DNA of 58,757 nucleotides from an uncultured Solirubrobacterales bacterium (GTDB lineage Bacteria > Actinomycetota > Thermoleophilia > Solirubrobacterales > 70-9). Positions 46,136 to 54,369 of the stretch are shown here, piece after piece (the stretch's first letter is position 1; each line of letters begins with the position of its first letter). Position numbers and translations under genes: made by a program. The notes under the pieces were generated by a model. It was not told the origin of the DNA, searched no databases, and worked only from the letters and a program-made list of their open reading frames with translations. The stretch is taken from contig CAITDZ010000128.1 of NCBI GenBank assembly GCA_903891285.1, positions 1 through 58,757 of the forward strand. The letters are read 5' to 3'.

Positions 46136-47335
46136 CTAACCGGTCTTCGGGCGAGTCCGGAGCAACAGGATCACACTCCCGATCAGAGCTGCGGTCACCG
46201 AGGCAGCGAAGATCCCGATCTTCGCGTACTCGAGCAGTGCGATCGAGCTGAAGGCGAGGCCGGTTATGAAGATCGAGACCGTGAAGCCGATCCCCCCGAG
46301 GGCGGCGATTCCCCAGACATGACCGGACTCGACACCGTCTGGAAGTTTTGCGAAACCCAGACGGGACGACAGGAAGATCGCCCCGGAGATCCCGAAGGCC
46401 TTGCCCACGACGAGCCCCAGGGCGACCCCCCAGAACAGCGGGCTACCAAGGGCATCGCCGAAGACACCGCCCCCGAGGAAGACTCCCGCATTGGCGAGTG
46501 CAAAGACGGGGACGATTACCAGACTCGTCAAGGGGTGGAGTCGGTGTTCGAGCTCCTCGATCACGTGTCGCCCATCGATCGGTCTCGCCGGTGCCAGAAG
46601 GCCGAGAATCACGCCGGCGATAGTCGCGTGAACCCCAGACGACAGGACCGCTACCCAGAGAATCGCCCCAACGATCCAGTAGGGCCAGATCCGTTTGACC
46701 CCGACTCGCTGCATCAGCAAGATCACCCCTACGGTTCCAACGGCCCCGATGATCCAGTCCAACTGGAGGCCCCCTGAGTAGAAGAGCGCAATCACGGCGA
46801 TTGCAATGACGTCGTCGACTATCGCGATGCTGAGCAGGAGGAGCCTCACGCCCGGGGGGATTCGTTTACCCAGGAGCGCGAGCACCCCCACCGCGAAAGC
46901 GATATCGGTAGCCATCGGTATCGCCCAGCCCCTGGCCGTCTCGGCCCCGCCGTTCAACAGGAGGAAGATGATGGCGGGGAGGATGACTCCCCCAAGAGCT
47001 GCAATGAGCGGGAGCCGGGCCTTTCGCCCCTCACCGAGTTCGCCAACCGCAAGTTCACGCTTGATCTCGAGGCCAACCACGAAGAAGAAGAAGACCATCA
47101 ACAGGTCGTTGACCCAATACCTGAGCGTCTCGGTCTTGCCGTCGAATGGGATCGGGAGGGTCAGCTCAGTCGTCCAGAACGCCTCGTAACTCTCCCCGAA
47201 CGGGGCGTTCACCCAGAGGATCGCCAACAGGGCCGCCAGCAGTAGGACAGCGCCACCGGTGACCTCGCTTCGGATGAACTCCGGACCTGCGTTGCGCCAG
47301 GACCATTCGGGTTTTCCGGCCGAGGTGGAGCTCAC
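46136..47335 (-). CDS. nhaA: Na+/H+ antiporter NhaA
   Basis: FFVVGLEIKRE and ...ATDIAFA.GVL motifs. GTG 47335 is preferred (TAGCTT-N7 upstream at 47348-47343); the ORF-track start is 47455. Confidence 0.9.
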   Translation of the reverse strand: MSSTSAGKPEWSWRNAGPEFIRSEVTGGAVLLLAALLAILWVNAPFGESYEAFWTTELTLPIPFDGKTETLRYWVNDLLMVFFFFVVGLEIKRELAVGELGEGRKARLPLIAALGGVILPAIIFLLLNGGAETARGWAIPMATDIAFAVGVLALLGKRIPPGVRLLLLSIAIVDDVIAIAVIALFYSGGLQLDWIIGAVGTVGVILLMQRVGVKRIWPYWIVGAILWVAVLSSGVHATIAGVILGLLAPARPIDGRHVIEELEHRLHPLTSLVIVPVFALANAGVFLGGGVFGDALGSPLFWGVALGLVVGKAFGISGAIFLSSRLGFAKLPDGVESGHVWGIAALGGIGFTVSIFITGLAFSSIALLEYAKIGIFAASVTAALIGSVILLLRTRPKTG

Positions 47336-47412
47336 CGGACGAAAGCTAGTGGAAGGAGATTCGCCCGGAAGGTGCCTGGCCTGCCCGGGTCCCGGCTGTC
47401 CGTAGAGGGCGA

Positions 47413-47418
47413 TAGGTT
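47413..47418 (+). promoter_or_regulatory. -10-like TAGGTT, 6 nt before GTG 47425 (leaderless-type)
   Basis: TANNNT-N6-GTG, divergent from the nhaA promoter. Confidence 0.45.
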
Positions 47419-47424
47419 GGACCT

Positions 47425-48135
47425 GTGGACTGGCTAGAGAGGCCCCTTGCGGCATTCGACCTGGAGACGACGGGAACGGATCCCGAGGAGGACCGGATCG
47501 TGACGGCCTCCGTAGCCTTGGTCGGCGCGGACAGGGAGCCCGAGGCGAACGACTGGCTTGTCGATCCGGGGATCGAGATTCCCGAGGGTGCGACGCGGAT
47601 CCACAAGATCACGACCCAGATGGCCAGGGAGGAGGGTCGGGCAGCCCCCGAGGCCGTGGCGGAGATAACTGCCCTCCTGGCCGGGTACCTGAATGAGGAC
47701 TACCCGATCGTGGCCTTCAACGCCCGCTACGACCTGACCATGCTCGATCGCGAGGCGAGACGCCATGGGGTCGAGCCGCTGGTCGAGCTGGTCGGGGGGC
47801 CGATGGGCCTGATCGTGCTCGACCCCCTGATCCTCGACAAGCAGGTCGATCCCTATCGCCCGGGGAAGCGGAAATTGACCGACCTCTGCCAGCACTATGG
47901 GGTGGAGCTGGATCAGGCCCATGCTTCAAATGCGGATGCCCTCGCTGCCGCTCGACTCGCCTGGCGCCTGGGCAGCGAGAATGCCGAGCTGGGTGACGCG
48001 GACCTGCCCACGCTCCACGAGAGCCAGATCGAGTGGGCGAGAGCCCAGGCCGAGGGCCTCCAGAAGTTCTTCGACGAGAAGGGCCTCGACGAGAAGGTCG
48101 AGACCGAGTGGCCGTTGGTCATGAGCGTCGCCTGA
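47425..48135 (+). CDS. DnaQ-like (DEDD) 3'-5' exonuclease
   Basis: AAFDLETTG Exo I motif, ..AFNARYD Exo II, H..NADA Exo III. Confidence 0.8.
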   Translation: MDWLERPLAAFDLETTGTDPEEDRIVTASVALVGADREPEANDWLVDPGIEIPEGATRIHKITTQMAREEGRAAPEAVAEITALLAGYLNEDYPIVAFNARYDLTMLDREARRHGVEPLVELVGGPMGLIVLDPLILDKQVDPYRPGKRKLTDLCQHYGVELDQAHASNADALAAARLAWRLGSENAELGDADLPTLHESQIEWARAQAEGLQKFFDEKGLDEKVETEWPLVMSVA

Positions 48136-48171
48136 ATCAAGGGCACGCGAGCCGACGGGCACCTGAGACAG

Positions 48172-48858
48172 ATGAACGAGCCGACCGAACCCGGCGGGCA
48201 GAAGGGGAGTGACGAAACCCCATCGTCCGAAAGGGAACAGAGCTGGAACCTGATCGACGAGATGGGGGGGCCCCAGGGGGTCGCAGACTCCAGTCTGCCG
48301 GGCCTCCTGTTCGTCATTGCCTACTCGGTGAGCGGAGGCGAACTGACCCTCTCGGCAGGTCTCGCGGTCGCACTTGGTGCGGCACTTGCGGTGTTCCGCC
48401 GAATCCGCGGGGAATCCCTGAAGTTTGCCCTGACCGGATTCGTCGGAGTGGCGATTGCGGCATTCATCGCAACCCGAACCGGTCGAGCCGAGGACTTCTT
48501 CCTTCCGGGTCTTCTCTTCAATGCGGGCTATGCGCTCGCCTACGTCGTTTCGATCGTGATCGGGTGGCCGTTGATCGGCGTGATCATCGGGCCGATCACG
48601 GGCCGGGGCATGCGCTGGAGGGACGAACCCGAGCTAGTGACCCTCTACAGCCGGGTCAGTTGGATCTGGGTCGGGATGTTCCTCTTGCGCCTCGCCGTCC
48701 AGCTCCCCCTGTACCTCAGCGGCTCGCTCCTCGCCCTCGGAATCGCCCGCACGGCGATGGGCCTGCCCCTCTTTCTCCTCTGTCTCTGGATCTCGTGGTT
48801 GATGCTGAGACGGGGTGGACTCGATGTTCCAGACCTCCGAAAGGGGCTCGGCAGGTAG
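48172..48858 (+). CDS. Polytopic membrane protein, DUF3159-like
   Basis: 228 aa with about 6 TM segments. The family assignment is from memory of actinobacterial DUF3159 proteins. Confidence 0.6.
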   Translation: MNEPTEPGGQKGSDETPSSEREQSWNLIDEMGGPQGVADSSLPGLLFVIAYSVSGGELTLSAGLAVALGAALAVFRRIRGESLKFALTGFVGVAIAAFIATRTGRAEDFFLPGLLFNAGYALAYVVSIVIGWPLIGVIIGPITGRGMRWRDEPELVTLYSRVSWIWVGMFLLRLAVQLPLYLSGSLLALGIARTAMGLPLFLLCLWISWLMLRRGGLDVPDLRKGLGR

Positions 48859-48881
48859 GGCCGGGGCATCCGCAGCCCCAA

Positions 48882-48887
48882 TAGAAT
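48882..48887 (+). promoter_or_regulatory. -10 hexamer TAGAAT, 7 nt before the SNF2 ATG (leaderless-type)
   Basis: TAGAAT-N7-ATG(48895). Confidence 0.5.
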
Positions 48888-48894
48888 CTTTCGG

Positions 48895-51123
48895 ATGGGT
48901 TCGAGTCTCAACGGCAACGGCGAACGACTCCCGGGCGAGGCCTCCGAGCCGGTCCTGAAGCTGAGGATCACACAGGAAGACGGCATCGACGGTGGGGGCG
49001 GGGCACCCTTCCGAGCTGAGGTCCTCGTCCGTTCGAAGGACGGGGAAGGAGCCTTTCGACCGGTCAGGGAGTTCTGGCGAGAAGAGGAGTCATTCGGCTC
49101 CCGCGGCAGGATCGATACGACCATGGAGGTCGGTCGCGCCGCAGCGATCTGGAGCCCGCTGCGGGGCCTGCTTCACCAGGACCTCCCCGACTGGACGGGG
49201 CTTTCGATCGACGATTTGGGGGAGTTGGTGGACGGTGCACTCAGACGGCTCGCCGAAGCGGGGATTCCCGTCGAGTGGGGCGACGGACTCGACCCCGGCC
49301 TCCGTTCGGTCCTGGTCGCAGGATCCCCGGGACGCCCCCTTTCCAGCGTTCCGGATGCCTTCGACGGAGATGACCCGGTTGCACTCACCTGGCGGCTCAG
49401 TATCGATGGAGAGCCCCTCTCGGATGAGGAGAGGATCGCTGTTGGCGGATGCGGCGAAGGGGTGATCAAGCTCCGTAACCGAGACCTGATCGTCGGACCC
49501 ACGCTCGCGGCCCGGGCAAGGCGACCGGAGGTGCGCTCCCTGACGGCGATAGAGGCTTTAGCTGCCTGCCTCTCGGGGGTGGCCGTAGTCGACGGGGAGG
49601 GGTTCGAGGTTCAGTCACTGGGATGGCTCGAGGAGCTTCGCGAAGAGCTCGGCCGCCCCCCGGATCGAGGCGCCGCAGGGCCCCCCGCGGGATTCGAGGG
49701 GACGCTGAGGCCCTACCAGCTTGCCGGACTCTCCTGGCTGGAGCGCATGACCAGCCTTGGCCTGGGCGGCTGTCTTGCGGACGACATGGGCCTCGGCAAG
49801 ACCGTGATGCTGATCGCGCTTCATCTCGCTCGCCTGGAAGCCGGAAGTGGGGAGGGTCCAACCCTGGTGATCTGCCCAACGTCGATCGTGGCGAATTGGG
49901 AGCGAGAGATAGGGCGCTTTGCACCTGGCGAGCCCGTTCTTCGCTACCACGGCCCGGACCGAAGCCTCGAGGGTCTCTCCCGGGGGTTCGTCGTAACCAG
50001 CTACGGCACGGTCCGTTCGGACGTCGAGGCTCTCGGGGCCATCGAATGGGGCCTGATCGCTGCAGATGAGGCCCAGCACTTCAAGAACCCTCGGACAGCG
50101 ACCGCCCGGGCCGTGCGCTCACTCCCGGGAAGGGCGAGGGTCGCGCTGACCGGTACACCGATCGAGAATCGCCTCACGGAGCTCTGGTCGATCCTCGACT
50201 GGACCACGCCCGGCTTGCTCGGGACCGCCACCGAGTTCAGGAAGCGGTGGGCTTCGGACGTCGAGGTCGAGGAGGATGCGATCCGTAGCCAGGAACTTGC
50301 CTCCCTGGTCGGACCATTCGTCCTCAGGCGGAGGAAGTCCGATCCCGGAATCCTGCCGGAACTCCCCGAGAAGATCGAGATGGACCATTCGGTCACCATG
50401 TCCGAGGAACAGATCGTCCTCTATGAAGAGGTCTCCGGCAGGATGCTGCGGGCGATCGGTTCGGCGGCCGGGATCCAGCGAAAGGGACTCGTTCTGGAAT
50501 TGATCACGTCGCTGAAACAGATCTGTAACCACCCTGCCCAGTACCTCGGGCAGACGGAGCCCGTCCTGGAGGGTCGCTCGGGCAAGCTCGACCTTTTCGG
50601 TGATCTCGTGACGACTGCGGTAGAAGAGGGGGGGAGGATCCTTGTCTTCACCCAGTACGTCGAGATGGGGCGATTGTTGGCCCGCCGCCTCGACGAGCTC
50701 GGGATCGAGTCCTCCTTTCTCCACGGCGGAACCTCGGTCTCCGGGCGCGAAAGAATGGTCGATGCCTTCCAGGCGGGCGACTTCCCCGTCTTCATCCTTT
50801 CCCTGAGGGCAGGGGGGCAGGGCCTCAACCTGACCGGGGCGGACCACGTCCTGCACTACGACCGGTGGTGGAACCCCGCCGTCGAGGACCAGGCGACCGA
50901 CCGGGCACATCGCATCGGCCAGGATCGGGCCGTCGAAGTTCACCGGCTTATCGCCGAAGGGACGGTAGAGGACGAGATCGCGCTGATCCACGCGCGCAAG
51001 CGGGCACTCGCCGAGGCAGTCGTCGGTGGAGGGCCCGAGGCCTTTACCGAGCTCGGTCAGGCCGAATTGGTCGAGATCCTCGCCCTGCGGCAGGCCGACG
51101 GAAAGCTGGACCGGGCGGCCTGA
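48895..51123 (+). CDS. SNF2-family DEAD/H helicase (RapA/HelZ-like)
   Basis: LRPYQ..G..WL...LADDMGLGKT, DEAQ..KN and C-terminal helicase motifs (LSL.AGG.GLNLT.A..V...D.WWNP..E.QA.DRAHRIGQ). Confidence 0.9.
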   Translation: MGSSLNGNGERLPGEASEPVLKLRITQEDGIDGGGGAPFRAEVLVRSKDGEGAFRPVREFWREEESFGSRGRIDTTMEVGRAAAIWSPLRGLLHQDLPDWTGLSIDDLGELVDGALRRLAEAGIPVEWGDGLDPGLRSVLVAGSPGRPLSSVPDAFDGDDPVALTWRLSIDGEPLSDEERIAVGGCGEGVIKLRNRDLIVGPTLAARARRPEVRSLTAIEALAACLSGVAVVDGEGFEVQSLGWLEELREELGRPPDRGAAGPPAGFEGTLRPYQLAGLSWLERMTSLGLGGCLADDMGLGKTVMLIALHLARLEAGSGEGPTLVICPTSIVANWEREIGRFAPGEPVLRYHGPDRSLEGLSRGFVVTSYGTVRSDVEALGAIEWGLIAADEAQHFKNPRTATARAVRSLPGRARVALTGTPIENRLTELWSILDWTTPGLLGTATEFRKRWASDVEVEEDAIRSQELASLVGPFVLRRRKSDPGILPELPEKIEMDHSVTMSEEQIVLYEEVSGRMLRAIGSAAGIQRKGLVLELITSLKQICNHPAQYLGQTEPVLEGRSGKLDLFGDLVTTAVEEGGRILVFTQYVEMGRLLARRLDELGIESSFLHGGTSVSGRERMVDAFQAGDFPVFILSLRAGGQGLNLTGADHVLHYDRWWNPAVEDQATDRAHRIGQDRAVEVHRLIAEGTVEDEIALIHARKRALAEAVVGGGPEAFTELGQAELVEILALRQADGKLDRAA

Positions 51124-51163
51124 AAAGAAAACGGCCCGGGACCTGACCAGGCCCCGAGCCGTT
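51123..51163 (-). terminator. Intrinsic terminator for the lipase gene (hairpin plus a T-rich tract on the minus strand); may also stop the SNF2 transcript
   Basis: ACGGCCCGGG...CCCCGAGCCGT stem (51131-51163), followed on the minus strand by TTTTCTTTT (51131-51123). Confidence 0.5.
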
Positions 51164-51192
51164 GTACCGCTGTAGCTTGGTTTACCGGGGCC

Positions 51193-52497
51193 CTACGGCG
51201 CCAGGAGCCCGTCGATGAATGCGTACACCTCAGCCTTCGACTGGGTCAGGATCGATCCGTGGTCAGCACCCGTGAACTTCTGGTAGGTGATTTCACCAGG
51301 GGCGTTGACAGCCTCCAGTTGGGGGAGCAGTCGGTCGGTGATCAGCGGGAATACCGTTGTGTCAGCGGTGCCCTGGGGAATCAGAACCGGGGCCGAGACC
51401 TTCACGGCCGGGTTCTGTTTGATCAGCTCCTGTTGGAACAGCCTTCCCGAGGAGGTTCCATTCGCCCAGTTGGGCTTGAGCAGACGGCTCGGCTGGAGTC
51501 CAGCGGCAACGACCTTGGTCGCAAGATCGCTGTAGCACAGGGTCTCGGTGTCGGGATAGAACGCCATGGCGTCTGCCGTAAACACATCGAGGGGCTTGAT
51601 CGAACTGTTCCCGGCGACCATGCCTCGCCCGATCGAGATCGCCAGCGCCGAGATTCCCGGACCGCCCGGCCCATCGAGAGCGCCAATGTTCTGCGCCTGG
51701 AACTCGAAGTTGGACGCCGGGGCGTAGGCGACCGTACCCAGGTAGTTCGTACCCTTGCCCCATGTCGAAGCAAGCGATGCGGCAAAGAGAATTGCCTGGC
51801 CTCCCTGGGAGTGTCCGGCCAGGACGGTCCTCTTCGAGAGCTTGGTGCTGAGCTCGCGAGCCGCAGGGACGATGTCGAGCGCACCCCTGCCCTCGGAAAC
51901 ACCGATCAGGTAGGGGTGGATATCGGGCGTGCCGAGCCCCTCGTAATCGGTCGCGACTACCGCGTAGCCGTTCGCAAGCCAATCACCGATCAGCTCGCCA
52001 GAGCCGTAGTCGAAATCCTCCGTCCTGTTGAGGAATTTCGAGGGTGCGCAAGGATCGGCAAGACCGACGGTGCCGTGGGCCCAGCTGATCACCGGGTACC
52101 CGCCCCTCGGCATCGGAGTCTTGGGGATCATCACAGTCCCCGAAACCACGATCTTCTTGCCGGAGATGCTCCTCGAGGAATAAAGGACCAGATGGGTGCT
52201 CTTCGCCTCAGGGCGGTTCTTACCCTTTTTTGTCCAGATCAGCGTACCGTGCTTGGCCGGAATGTCCTTCGCCTTCAGCTTGAAGCCATAGAAGCCCTTC
52301 TCGCCCTTCATCGCGGCCATCGTCGCCTTCTCGGCCGCCTTCTTCGACCCCTTTGCCTTTAGCTGGGACTGGAAGTAGCTGCCCGCAGTGACTTGGGCGT
52401 GGGAAGCCGACGCAAGGGCTGCGAAGCCGACGACTGCGGCGAGCGAGGCCACCAGGCCCGTTGTGATTGTGCGGAAGTTCAGTGAACGATGCGACAC
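51193..52497 (-). CDS. Secreted LIP-family lipase (alpha/beta hydrolase)
   Basis: Signal peptide (...AALASASHAQ) and GHSQGG nucleophile elbow. GTG 52497 is preceded by a GGAGAGGAGAA SD. Confidence 0.85.
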   Translation of the reverse strand: MSHRSLNFRTITTGLVASLAAVVGFAALASASHAQVTAGSYFQSQLKAKGSKKAAEKATMAAMKGEKGFYGFKLKAKDIPAKHGTLIWTKKGKNRPEAKSTHLVLYSSRSISGKKIVVSGTVMIPKTPMPRGGYPVISWAHGTVGLADPCAPSKFLNRTEDFDYGSGELIGDWLANGYAVVATDYEGLGTPDIHPYLIGVSEGRGALDIVPAARELSTKLSKRTVLAGHSQGGQAILFAASLASTWGKGTNYLGTVAYAPASNFEFQAQNIGALDGPGGPGISALAISIGRGMVAGNSSIKPLDVFTADAMAFYPDTETLCYSDLATKVVAAGLQPSRLLKPNWANGTSSGRLFQQELIKQNPAVKVSAPVLIPQGTADTTVFPLITDRLLPQLEAVNAPGEITYQKFTGADHGSILTQSKAEVYAFIDGLLAP

Positions 52498-52552
52498 GGG
52501 TTCTCCTCTCCTAGAATTACCCGCCTCGGCGACCGCCAATCGGGCTTTCGCG

Positions 52553-52558
52553 AGTATA
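52553..52558 (-). promoter_or_regulatory. -10-like TATACT for the leadered lipase mRNA
   Basis: Plus-strand AGTATA at 52553-52558, about 55 nt upstream of the GTG. Confidence 0.3.
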
Positions 52559-52810
52559 AACCGGCAGGAGTGCTGAGGTTGCACTGTTCAGGTCGGGATT
52601 CCGCGCTTCCCCCGGTGCCGGGAAGCCATGACCCGATCGTCCTCAATACCACTTCTGCCCGATAATGTTCGTTATGTAAACCAATGATCCTTACGGGTAG
52701 AGCCGTCCTCGTGATGTCGCCCGCCCGTATCCCCCTCCTGATTCGGGAAACGGCTCTTAGGAGCCGCCGGGGGGCGTCCAGACGGCTTCCAGGTCGGGCG
52801 CTGTCGAGCC

Positions 52811-54298
52811 TCAGGCGTACTGGGCTCGCCCGGAAGGGACGGTCTGAACTAATCCGGGCCTCGGCCGGGCAACCATTTTCAGACCACCCTTCGGCCGCAA
52901 GGTGATCGCGGCGTCCTCAGTCACCGACGCCCAGGGAGGCAGGTCGAACTCGTAGCGCTGAGAGATCATCGCGAGCAGCAGGGTTGCCTCGACCAGGGCG
53001 AAGGTCGAGCCGACGCAGATCCTTCGACCGGCGCCGAAGGGGAGGTAGGCGCTGCGGGGGAGCTCCCCCCTGTTCTCGGGCAGGAAGCGACGGGGGTCGA
53101 AGCCCTCGGGGTTCTCCCAGACCTCGGGGTCCCTGTGGATGCTGCGGATGAGGACCATCGTGCTCGCACCCGCAGGGATCCTGTAGCCGCTCACCCGGTC
53201 TTCCTCGACCGCCTTGCGACCGACCATCCATGCCGGCGGTGAAAGCCTCATCGATTCCTCGACTACGGCCCTGGTCCACGGAAGGCGATCGGCATCCTCG
53301 AAGGAGGGGGTGCGGCCACCCAGGACCTCGTCGACCTCCCCCACCATCGTCTCGCGGGCCTCGGGGTTGAGCGAAAGCCACCTGAAAGCCCAGGAGAGGG
53401 CGTTCGAGGTCGTTTCGTGTCCGGCGAGCATGAAGGTCATCAGCTCGTCGGCGATCCGGTCTCGCTCCATCGGCTCGCCCGTCTCGGGGTCGGTCGTGGT
53501 CAGCATCAGACCGAAGAGGTCCTCGCCGGGATTGCCGCTCATCTCGCGTTCGACGAGGAGTTCGTCGATGACTCCGCGCAGTTGCTCCACCGCCCTCCTG
53601 AAGCGGATGGATTCGGGGTTGAGCGCGATGGCGCGCCTCATGTTGAAGCCGGGCAGTGAGGCGATGACGAATGTCGGCAGCCTCCTCACCATTCGCGTTC
53701 CCAGGGTGAGTACGTCATTCATCGCCGGAGCCACTCGCCTGGCGGTGTCCTCGGTCAGGTCGGCTCCAAAGAGGGTCCTCCCGACGACGTCGAGGGTCAA
53801 CTCCATCATCGCCCGGTTGATGTCGAGCCCCTCCCCCTCACCGAGATCCGAGAGCGGACCGGTGTCGAGAGAATCCCGTGTCGCATCGGTCATCTGACCG
53901 ACGAACTCGCCGATGTGCCGCTTGGCGAACAGGGGCTGCACCAGCCGTCTCTGGGTCTGCCACCTCTCCCCCTCGCTGGTCAGCAGCCCCTCCCCGAGGA
54001 CGATCCTCAGGAGCTCGTACTCGATTCCCTTCACGTAGTTGTCCTGGTTCGTGACCAGAACATGGCGTGCAGCCTCGTGATTGGCCAGCACGACCAGGGT
54101 CCTGCCACGGCTGAAGGTCGCGCTGACCGGTCCGTACTCGGCCGCCATCGAGATCAGTGGCCGCATGAAGTCATTGGTCGTCTTCGCGACGAACAGCGCG
54201 TTGTCGAGTCCCCTCGGACCCGGTGGAAGATCGCGCCCGGAAAGGGCATCGGGGACCAGTGGGGCAAGGAGCCCCCTCACCTGATCGGTTACCGCCAT
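52811..54298 (-). CDS. Cytochrome P450
   Basis: FGAGRRICVGSTFA heme-thiolate loop, ETMR/EESMRL (ExxR) and AGHETT I-helix motif. Confidence 0.95.
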   Translation of the reverse strand: MAVTDQVRGLLAPLVPDALSGRDLPPGPRGLDNALFVAKTTNDFMRPLISMAAEYGPVSATFSRGRTLVVLANHEAARHVLVTNQDNYVKGIEYELLRIVLGEGLLTSEGERWQTQRRLVQPLFAKRHIGEFVGQMTDATRDSLDTGPLSDLGEGEGLDINRAMMELTLDVVGRTLFGADLTEDTARRVAPAMNDVLTLGTRMVRRLPTFVIASLPGFNMRRAIALNPESIRFRRAVEQLRGVIDELLVEREMSGNPGEDLFGLMLTTTDPETGEPMERDRIADELMTFMLAGHETTSNALSWAFRWLSLNPEARETMVGEVDEVLGGRTPSFEDADRLPWTRAVVEESMRLSPPAWMVGRKAVEEDRVSGYRIPAGASTMVLIRSIHRDPEVWENPEGFDPRRFLPENRGELPRSAYLPFGAGRRICVGSTFALVEATLLLAMISQRYEFDLPPWASVTEDAAITLRPKGGLKMVARPRPGLVQTVPSGRAQYA

Positions 54299-54304
54299 GG
54301 GGCG

Positions 54305-54310
54305 ACCCTA
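54305..54310 (-). promoter_or_regulatory. -10-like TAGGGT, 6 nt before the P450 ATG (leaderless-type)
   Basis: Plus-strand ACCCTA at 54305-54310; ATG at 54298. Confidence 0.45.
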
Positions 54311-54369
54311 ACAATCGAGACCCCCCTCCCCCGGGCGGCCTGAGGCCCCTTGTGGGAAAGTAAGCCTGG

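Noticed and set aside
52661-52673. GTTCG half-site in the AT-rich island as a LexA site
   Set aside because: There is no matching CGAAC half at N4 spacing.
52684-52905. 73-aa plus-strand ORF downstream of the AT-rich island
   Set aside because: Arg-rich, only moderate GC3, and it overlaps the P450 3' end antisense.
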